Source: Perkinsela sp. CCAP 1560/9 (Eukaryota; Protista; Euglenozoa: Kinetoplastea). Taken from it: a stretch of 63,891 bases of DNA. The stretch lies in contig CBFFSA010000001.1 of the NCBI GenBank assembly GCA_965644495.1, positions 434,001 to 497,891 of the forward strand, in the 5' to 3' direction. The translations under genes and the position numbers were made by a program. The notes below the pieces were generated by a model. That model did no database searches and was not told the DNA's origin. It saw only the letters and a program-made list of their open reading frames with translations. The first letter of the stretch is position 1; each line of letters opens with the position of its first letter. This document shows, piece after piece, positions 55,100-63,891 of the stretch.

Positions 55100-56089
55100 C
55101 TAAAGTTCGTTTCCGATTGTGACCCATCCTCTACGCAGATTATGTGGTCTTCCAAAAATTTCGAGAAAGTGACCATTTTTTGGTTCTAAATCACTACTCC
55201 AAAAAATATTCTCAATTATATCGTAAGCCTCCAACGGTTTCTTGGACGTGAGGCCACGGTTAGCAAAAAAATAATCAACTGGGACAGAGACGCTGGTGCT
55301 GGCACCGCTTTCTTCATCAGTAGATGAGTTTCGCTCCCTACTCTTCTTTCCTATGAGAAGGCTTTCTTTTCCATGGGAGAGAATATTTCCGTTCCCAGTA
55401 GCCAAGCGCCCAGTACCGGGATGCAATTTTATCCAATCAATCACAGTTACAAATTCATATCCCCAAATTCTGCACATCATGTCCAGTGCTTTAGGAATTC
55501 GACTGTTTACAGCCCAGACGAAAAGCAATCCGTGAGATTGTAACTTTGATAGGGGTAAGGATTCGATTTCTTTATCCGTAAGCTGAGGGTATGGGAGCCG
55601 ATTTCCCGTGCTTTGCTTTTTTATTGCAGTAGAACGGGAAGACCCTACAATGGACTTCATGCCAGATACTCCGTTCGCAGATGGACTGAATCCGGAGCGC
55701 AAAATCTTCCACGGAGGATCCATCAAAATGACGTCAAAATTTGAAACGAGTCGTGAGAGACTATGGAAATCAAAGTGGAGTACGTCAGCAGAGATTGGAC
55801 AACTTCCTGGGGGTATGGGATACAAGCCTGGTGCTGGAATATGTGTACCCTTCTCAAGAGTATTTGAAACGTTGCAACTCAAGCTTGTTGGAGAAGAGAG
55901 AGAATCGGCCTCTTCAAGGTTGTGCGAATCATTAGAACCATTCTTAATCTCCGGTGATGGCTTAAGAAACCAAGGAGTCGAAATTTTTCTTCGCAAATCA
56001 TTCGAGACAGCATGGTGGGAAAGGTCTTGCAGATGTCGACGTCTTTGACGAATGGCACAGAGTTCTTCCCACGTTGCGACGTCTTCCAT
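55100..56089 (-). CDS. MT-A70 family N6-adenine methyltransferase
   Basis: FDVILMDPPW, GLLFVWAVN, HGKESLLIG, SKKP and LEIFGR..RRGWVTIGNE. The probable ATG is at 56089. Confidence 0.9.
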   Translation of the reverse strand: MEDVATWEELCAIRQRRRHLQDLSHHAVSNDLRRKISTPWFLKPSPEIKNGSNDSHNLEEADSLSSPTSLSCNVSNTLEKGTHIPAPGLYPIPPGSCPISADVLHFDFHSLSRLVSNFDVILMDPPWKILRSGFSPSANGVSGMKSIVGSSRSTAIKKQSTGNRLPYPQLTDKEIESLPLSKLQSHGLLFVWAVNSRIPKALDMMCRIWGYEFVTVIDWIKLHPGTGRLATGNGNILSHGKESLLIGKKSRERNSSTDEESGASTSVSVPVDYFFANRGLTSKKPLEAYDIIENIFWSSDLEPKNGHFLEIFGRPHNLRRGWVTIGNEL

Positions 56090-56351
56090 ATGATCTATTA
56101 TGATGGAAAAGACATACTCTAATGAAAAAAGCAACAAAAGTTTTGTCACATAACATAGGACACAAAGAATACGTACACTTCACCACTTCACCATACATGA
56201 GAGAAAAGAATACGTACACTTCACCACACATGTACCTGTATGTACTAAATATGAAATATGTGGTGTACTGCATATTACAGTGCACGCATTGAGAATGGTA
56301 TTACTGAGAATGTATAACTAACATCAAGCTTCGCGCTCGTACTTTCTCCTA

Positions 56352-57095
56352 TCAATAGTTCACGAAATATTGAATACATCCAACAAAGGCCCCAAAGAGC
56401 ATTCCTCCTAAATGGGCCCAGTGACCCACAACGAACCGCTGAGAGAGCCACTGATCGGCGAACCCTCCAGCTAAGGAAGGAAGGCCCGGGTTACGCTCCA
56501 CCCATTGCACTAATTCCCCACAAGCAATGGAAAACGCTCCCCAGAAATAGCCACGGACAGTAGCATTGTAACAGAGAAGAGCATAGATGCCGGCCGACGA
56601 GCCACAAAAAGGTATGCGATCCTGCCACAGCTTTTGTGCCGAGCTAATGACAGTTGCCAGCATTTGAATTCCAAGCCCGTACTTGTTACCAGAACGTGTT
56701 CGGTGATATTTGTGCTCTAAGTACGTGGCTGATAACCCGGATAAAGCGCCTCCAATAAATACACCATAAAAACACTGTAACGATTGCATTCTTGGCGTGG
56801 TTGCAACGGCGACAAAGTAGGACAATACGTTACTCCAAAGATGACGTTCGGAAGCATGTACTATTACATGAGTAAGAACCCGGTGAAGTGATGGAGTTCC
56901 ACGAAGGATATAGAAATTTGCTCCCCAGCGATCAAGCCGGTCCTCTAGATCAGGATATGCATAGTGTACATAGATAAACAAGGCACAGGGAGCACAGCGT
57001 GATGCCACCCATGATAACGCAGGTTTCCAAGCAGGTGGTTTAATTTCTTCGTACGCTCTTTTATTATGGGTCCGCGATATTTGTCGACGAACCAT
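56352..57095 (-). CDS. Rhomboid intramembrane serine protease
   Basis: H..HLWSN, GSSAG (catalytic Ser) and HWAHLGG (catalytic His). Confidence 0.88.
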   Translation of the reverse strand: MVRRQISRTHNKRAYEEIKPPAWKPALSWVASRCAPCALFIYVHYAYPDLEDRLDRWGANFYILRGTPSLHRVLTHVIVHASERHLWSNVLSYFVAVATTPRMQSLQCFYGVFIGGALSGLSATYLEHKYHRTRSGNKYGLGIQMLATVISSAQKLWQDRIPFCGSSAGIYALLCYNATVRGYFWGAFSIACGELVQWVERNPGLPSLAGGFADQWLSQRFVVGHWAHLGGMLFGAFVGCIQYFVNY

Positions 57096-58499
57096 AAATC
57101 GATCTGAATGGCTTATGCAGAAATGTGCCCCATACTAGCATATACGTTTCGGTATAATATTTATATCAAAATGGTTAAACTACGCTCAAAAGGAGCCAAG
57201 GAAGGTTTTCTCAAATAATACAATTTATCATTCCAAGCACTTGTGGAATCGTACAATCATTAGCACAAGTAGGAAACATGCAGTATAGGTGACAGCCCTG
57301 TGTTACATATTCAGTTGAAAAGCTGAACTGAACATATGAGAGTTTTTCATAAACGGTTGATACAAATAAACCCCGATTGCACGTTCAGCCGAAAAATATC
57401 CAAGTCGAAAGGTACCTTCTAAATGCGGCATTCGGTGAGCACTCACGTAACGTCTCCCCTCAAGAGGAACTGGAATTCATTGGAATTCATGGTGGCGTCA
57501 AGATGAAGGGGAGAGTAAGTTCATATCATCAATGCTTGATGTTGTGTGATCATCTAAATTTCTTTATCAGAAGTATTTACGTTTATGCCCCCTGCGATGG
57601 GGCGAGGTACATCAGAGGCTTTCCTTAAGCCTTGGATAACTGGAAGCATCTCCTTTTGGCAGCGTTCGATAAAAGTAAGTGTCCCCTCAAGTGTTGCTTC
57701 ACTCGCAGGGCTCTCGATGCTCTGAAGTATGTCATCATTTCTAGATAGTTGCGCCTTCATCATAAATATGCAGTAGGTAAATATGCAGTAGGTTTAAATT
57801 GAAGTACTCCCATGCTTTGTAATAGTACAAATGTAGAAAAAACTAGTATCTACGCTTAAAACTCACACAGCCCGCAAACCACAATCAGGCTTGATGAACC
57901 GATGCCGCGTTCAAAATTTGGGTATTTCCGCGCTGTATGGCCACGACAACTGCCATGATCGTGTGGTCCACAAAGCCTTTCGGATTCGTTGTGTACTTCG
58001 CTCGTTTTCTCAGGAGGGAGAGTGTGGCATTGCCGGGAACACCGAATATAGATAAAGCTAGCGGGTACAGGGGCATCCCCTTTTCCGGGCCGATTCTGCG
58101 TATTTGGTAAATTTGTCGGCTTTTCTAGTGTCCGGCCCGGGGCCTTGGCTTCCGCCTCGACGTACATACCCCTGCCGAGTCGATGGGTAATTACCCATGA
58201 GCGGGTCTGTGCGGGTAAACCATTTGGGAAAACCGCTTTTTGGGACTTTACCAACTGGGTGCACTGTACCTGCCCTTGGGAGGAGAATTTTGAGTTCGCA
58301 CACGAGCGCAAAATAGAAAAATACAGGAGTTTATATCACTCTCGAAAACTCGACCATCCTACCACATTCCTACTCGTCGTCGAGGTGGGAGCGAGAGGCA
58401 AACTGCATAAAATATGCCGGCCTGAACGCTCAACTCTCTCTTCATGGGACATGAGGAAGGGGTTGCAGCGTGTCGCCGAAATATGACAACTACAGCTCT

Positions 58500-59950
58500 T
58501 CGGGGAAGTTTCATAAATTTCCAGCACCGCGAGAACAAACAGTGGATGGAGGTTAGTTCTGAGGAGTGAGTCGCTGACTATCAGGTGATTTCAACGCGTT
58601 TTGTGGCGTAATATGGAACTCCCATATTCACTGTCTAATCCTTGTAGAATATTTTCTACATAATGACATACAGGGGGTGGCACTTGCACCTGGGGGGGTC
58701 TAAAATTTGTAAAAGTTGCTCAATTTTGAAGAACAATGCCGCGTAGAAGAGCTCTCTCAGAGTTGTATATCTTTGGCATATTCGGACCGCTCAAATTAAA
58801 AGATTCAATCCGATGTCTCGGATGATGAACTGATGTCTCGGATAATGAAGACCCGCCCCAGGTGCAAGTGACACCCCCTGCATGTGTAATGTATGCAAAG
58901 CTGCGTCCTATCACAAAAAAAAGAAAGCATTCAGTGGAAAAGAAATGTCACCTCATCTCCTCACGATGCTACGGGGAGGCATGGGTGACGGCATTCACAA
59001 GCTCCGTTACTTAAAGCTTGATGGTTGTCCGGTTAATCACGTTGCGCGAGTAGCAACCGAAAAAGAGCTAAAAGAAATTTATGATCGCTATGATCCCATT
59101 GGATCTGAAGACACAGAAAACCTTTGCAAAGGGGTTTGTTTGATAGTTCCCGCTGTACGCGAATTGCCGTGCTTCAGACACCTAGTCAATCTGATTGCTC
59201 GCGACGCAATGATGCCTTACCGAGAGAAGTCGTTTATAAAATTTCGAAATTGCTTTGCGCACCTCTTCTACTCGGGCGGAAAGCCTAGTGCAAAGAAAGG
59301 CAAATACACGGTTCAAGCCATGGAAGAATTGCTGGGCGCATATGACAGTGAAACAAACAATGCTATAACTTTTTTTAAGCAATGATATTCCGTTCTAGGT
59401 GACGAGACTCTACCAAGTTCAGTACGCACCAGCCATATTAATAAAACTTGTGACGCGCATCAGAAAATTGAAAGGGTTTCGTATCCAAATTTGAGAATCT
59501 TCTAAAAAGAGTTGCGCTCTTCATCATATCTAAATGATAAACATAATATTCTTAAAAAGGGGGGCCCAAAAATTTATGATGCTATTGAACAGGCCCGCAA
59601 GCTTTGCTCTATTCCTGTGCCAAAACTTGGAGGAGTCACACGCTGGTGTACCGATCACTTTGACAGTGTTCGATACTTTGCAGCACTGACATCTATTATT
59701 GCGCATGTTAAAAGCGAAGTCGAATAAGTGCAAACCCCCCATAGTTATTATTCACATTGTTTATTGCTCACAATAATTTCATTTTAGTTTGAAAAACTTT
59801 TGCTTTTCTTCATGCCGGTACTGACGCGAGAGCTTTTATCTGAAATAGAAAATCTTTTTGATTTGCAGCTTGAGGCATATAATGATGGAGTGCAGGGCAC
59901 AAATTATTTCAAGTTGTGAGTGATGACGAAGTGAGCTCGATTTCAGCCAC
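58500..59950 (+). pseudogene. Decayed hAT-superfamily transposase
   Basis: LKLDGCPVN, CFRHLVNLIARD (CxxH motif) and PKLGGVTRW (TRW motif) lie in fragmented plus-strand ORFs with many stops. Boundaries are approximate. Confidence 0.7.
58671..58880. mobile_element. MITE family D (210 bp) inserted in the hAT remnant
   Basis: TIR CAGGGGGTG.CACTTGCACCTGGGG.GGGTCT at both ends; flanks are TA and CA. Confidence 0.85.
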
Positions 59951-60503
59951 ATCACTCTCGGATGATAGTTACCGAGCAAGAAATAGGGCTCGATAGTGCG
60001 ATCGAAGACATACTTGTAGAAGAGAACATTGAACCCGTAGAATTCGGGGCTTCAGATTCTGATAGTTTCGAGGAGGAGGTCAAAGCACACGGAGCGCCAA
60101 CCGTTAGGGTAGAGTCTCAGGTCACCGACCTTCATTGTCTTGCTACCCCCTTCCCAGAAGGGGCCCGAGCACGGCTACCCAACCGTTGCTACCAGGACGG
60201 GCGTCCATCCCGTTGCATCGTGTGGGCTGTTTCTCAAGCCTCCTTTGCGTATCGAACCCCCAAGCTGCAGGTTGTAAGGCGCACCAACACTGCAGGTTGG
60301 CAGGCGCACCGCCTGCCAACTACGTCAGCACCTCCCTACTGTACGGTACGCAAACTTGGCGTCGCAGCATAGAAAAGAATACGCGTACTCATATAGCAAA
60401 CTGATTTTTTTTGGGGGTAACTTTTTTCCCAGAACCGCTACTCTGAAAGGAAGAGTCCTCTGAAAACTCTCCTAGAACGGCTATTCCAGGGGAGGTTATA
60501 ATA

Positions 60504-61175
60504 CAAGGGTGTAAATTTGGATGTGGGGGGGTCTAAAACGTAACATGACCGAACTAGGCACAAGGGGGTATTGCCCCCTAGACAAAGAGCCACCAAATGC
60601 TATTTGCAACTTTTTAAAGCAATGATAATACCGAAAAAAACATTAATAATTGCCATTATCGTCGTTTTATCTCAATTACAATACGGCATCGCTTTCGAAA
60701 GCTCTTCATGGCATTTTCAGGGGCTTTGAAACGCTGCTTCGATCGCAATGATCAAATCTGCACGATTCCGAGGGGCTCAACCATTTTTGAAGTTGCCCAC
60801 TATGGAACATAAATTCTTAGCGAGAAAAAGATTGTGTTGTTTCGTAATCGGCAACGAGAACCATGCAACAGCCTGCTTTTACGTGCGCAGGCGAAGAATA
60901 AGCCCTTTCGTAGTCTTTGTGTTCGGGCGATCGTCCACAACCCCGTCTTTGTTGCATGAGTCAGGGGAGAAATCAGAAAACCTGTGAAAAATGCAAGAAT
61001 TTGTCTCCCAAAAAAATGAGCTTTTTTTATGTGCACTTGAAAATCTAATTAACGCAGATGCCGTACACACACGTTCATGAGCCCTGTTCGAGAGCTCTCG
61101 AATGCGCTATTATTTTTCAAAATTGGTCAAGTTTTACAAATTTTAGACCCCCCCACATACAAATTTAGACCCCTG
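60504..61175. mobile_element. MITE related to family D (672 bp)
   Basis: TIR CA(A/G)GGGT.TAAATTTG.ATGTGGGGGGGTCTAAAA with TA flanks. The right subterminal region resembles the left arm of 58671-58880. Confidence 0.85.
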
Positions 61176-62031
61176 TATAACCTACAATATACACGTATAT
61201 TATATTATTTACACGTATACTTAGTATACGTTAAGCTAAGAAATACGATTATTCGTGAACAACCCCATGCATGTCTCAGTATCTGTCTTAAAAAGTTAGT
61301 AAAAGGCAAATAATACGCAAGCAAGGCAAGTATATCGTTATTTACTGGTAGGACTAGTAATATCAAATAGTACTACTACTTTACTGTTTTAAAAACACTC
61401 ATGACAAAACATGTTGTGAAACAACGGAAACCGAGGTACAGCTACTTTTGATGTTCGTATTGAAAAAGCGAAAAAATGCAAGTACGAGTACCGCGTATAC
61501 GCTAGATTTCCAAGAAAGGTATTGATACCTCATTCGCTCAATTCTAACGTCGCGCTACTGCTTACGAGAGAGAAAACTACATGCGCACATTGAAGAACAG
61601 AAGAAACTTCCAGAAGACCATAGAGAATGGATTCCAGCGAGCGTACTGAACTCGAACACTCATATATTGCATCATCCGAGTTCAATAACATCTGCATTTA
61701 ATAAAGGCTTAACTTTTATTCAAATGATGTTGTGTTCAAGTTAATCACATCGTAGAGTCAGTAAAACTCTAAGTACATTCAGTTGTTAACAAAAGAAAAG
61801 GCTAAAAGAAAACTATTCAGCTTATACCAATGTAAGCTGGAAGAAGATACGTGTAGATCACGAATGTAGTGAAATGGAAGTATGCCAGAAACCCATATAT
61901 AAAAAAGAACACTTTTCCACACTTTAGGTACTGATAAGCAAATTAAAAAGAGGAGCAGAATATAAAAAAGAGCAGTGAATAGAATGCGATGAATAGCAGT
62001 GAATCCACGATAGATCTAACATAGATCCTTA

Positions 62032-62661
62032 CACTGCCGACTAATATTATTGAGTTTTTAATTATTGGCGAAGCTTTGCAACTTTAAATTAAAAAATCAA
62101 TAATTTTTGTGCCAATAATTTTCGTAGAAATTTGTACATATCGACAAACAATAGAAGTTGTTAGTACAGGGGCGGAAAACCCCAAAATTAGGTCAAAAGG
62201 GTTTTTTTGCTCCCAAAAAGATTCAAGAATTTTTACGGGGAAGAAAGTTGCTTATCACCAAAAAATTATTATCCTTAGGAAGTACAAGTGTCCATAGGTA
62301 TAACCCGGACGGTGGTTTGCATCTCTCTAATCTTGTCAAATGCGTTGCGAAGGGCAGGTTATTAAATGGTCATTAAATGATGGGCTGCGGGTGTGATCTC
62401 GCATGATCTCGCGACCGGGTGTTGACATAAAGCCAATCTCGATCCTCCTGCATCAAATCCTCTCATAAAATTTGAATTTTTGTGTAAAATCTATGGCACT
62501 CTTCTCTAAAACGTGGTTGCCAAGATCAGACCTCATGAGAAATTCAAAAATTGACCAAAAAAATAAAAAAATGTTTCTCGCCAAACATTGACAACTTTTA
62601 ATTAAAAAAACAATAATTTTTGTGCCATGAATTTTAGCGATAATAATTTTTGGCTTGGGTG
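62032..62661. mobile_element. Degenerate Tc1-like non-autonomous element
   Basis: TA-CAC...ATTATT imperfect TIRs and an internal direct repeat CAACTTT.AATTAAAAAA.CAATAATTTTTGTGCCA at ~62088 and ~62592. Confidence 0.5.
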
Positions 62662-62711
62662 TATAAGAATATAACCTTATATAGATCTTATAAAAAATTG
62701 TTACCAAAAGT

Positions 62712-63485
62712 TCACTCATATCGCTCGTAGACGGCAAAATGCTTAACAGCGCCTCGCCTTTGGGATCTTTTTGCGTCCTCGCTGGAGTGCACGAGTGTAG
62801 TCAATAAGGGGTCAGCGGTACAGTGTTCCTCTCCGAGTCTTCGAAACAAATCTGGGAAATGACTCAATCTTTCTACCATCCATTCATGAAGCTCTTCCAC
62901 GTCCGTTACAGTATAAAGTCTTCCATTGGGACGCAATACGTAGGCATACTCCGGAATAAGTGAATCTGATAGAATACGTCGTCGAACGTTGTGCTGCTTA
63001 AAATGTGGATCGGGGTAGCAAAAGAATATACACTCCAATTGCTGCTTTGGGATCCAGAAAGCGAGTGACCGCATTACATTCGCCTCAAGAAACCAAACAT
63101 TATGCAACAACGATTCGTTTTTGCGCTCCTCCAGCACTCGAGATTTCGCGAATTCTACAACTTTTTTACGAATTTCCATCCCGAGTATGTACTTCTGAGG
63201 ATAAGAGGGACCTAATGCGCAAAGCATGCCGCCATAAGCACTTCCGACATCAAGCCAATCTATGGGGCACTGTAAGCGAACTGTATTGTCTTCTCGTTTT
63301 GACATGATTTTATCTTTCGTAGACTCGTTCAGTTGAGGATACATTTCACACCAATCAACATCTTCGGGGCAAGTTGGATGATAAGCGAGCGTATCAGACA
63401 AGGGATTGCGGTGTGGACGGACTCGTATGGGAAATCTTGTCCAACGAGGGCCTGTGATATCGCTGTACTGAGTCGGTCTGCTCAT
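62712..63485 (-). CDS. TRM8: tRNA (guanine-N7)-methyltransferase TRM8/METTL1
   Basis: HRNPLSD, DVGSAYGG, LGMEIR, YPDPHFK and TDVEELHEWM. The probable ATG is at 63485 or 63515. Confidence 0.95.
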   Translation of the reverse strand: MSRPTQYSDITGPRWTRFPIRVRPHRNPLSDTLAYHPTCPEDVDWCEMYPQLNESTKDKIMSKREDNTVRLQCPIDWLDVGSAYGGMLCALGPSYPQKYILGMEIRKKVVEFAKSRVLEERKNESLLHNVWFLEANVMRSLAFWIPKQQLECIFFCYPDPHFKQHNVRRRILSDSLIPEYAYVLRPNGRLYTVTDVEELHEWMVERLSHFPDLFRRLGEEHCTADPLLTTLVHSSEDAKRSQRRGAVKHFAVYERYE

Positions 63486-63891
63486 TTCGTTATAGCACAA
63501 AAGGAGTACACCCACACTGCAACCTTGTAAAGTAGATTACGTAAACAAAACTTAGATACAAAGAATGTTAATGTAATAGCGAAGAATTTATTAAGCTTGA
63601 ATTTATAGCTTGAATTAATAGTCAAATGCAAAAATTTATTTCTGTTTGCATTGTTGAAACATCCACTTCTCAGGAACAGTGATGAATCATTAAAAAATGT
63701 ATGCGCTAAAATCGCTACTTTTCTTCAACACACAGGGAATACAACTACAATACATGAACCGATGTGCCTAAGAAAGAAACGTGATAATGGATCAAATTGA
63801 GGATCTTTTTGTATATAAATGCCTCATAAAATTTCCTTCTCTGATGTGCCCCCGATTTAAAGATTACTTTCGTAATGAAAGGACTCCTCTT

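Overview
This is eukaryotic nuclear DNA with the layout of a compact kinetoplastid. About 35 intronless protein genes all lie on the minus strand with short spacers, as in a polycistronic directional gene cluster. The divergent proteins and compaction suggest a Perkinsela-like organism, but that is inference. Recognisable genes include eIF5A, eIF2-alpha, two cyclins sharing a near-identical core, dihydrolipoamide dehydrogenase, NIP7, TRAP-beta, tRNA isopentenyltransferase, RPL11, RPL35A, RCL1, RpiB, SAM50, DCP2, an EngB GTPase, an ORC4-like protein, ferredoxin reductase, RPS6, primase large subunit, an MT-A70 methyltransferase, a rhomboid and TRM8. The most unusual content is a set of DNA transposons. 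(1) A fully delimited, decayed element of the bacterial IS30 family at 22509-23924. It has 25-bp TIRs, a CCC target duplication, multiplied subterminal repeats, no Shine-Dalgarno and a nested MITE, and looks like a eukaryote-adapted IS30 lineage. (2) Several TA-duplicating Tc1/mariner-type MITE families. (3) A decayed hAT transposase. Also notable are a PPPDE/DeSI + PUB-like + UIM + GH85 ENGase fusion protein, a clostripain (C11) peptidase next to the IS30 element, and a canonical DCP2.
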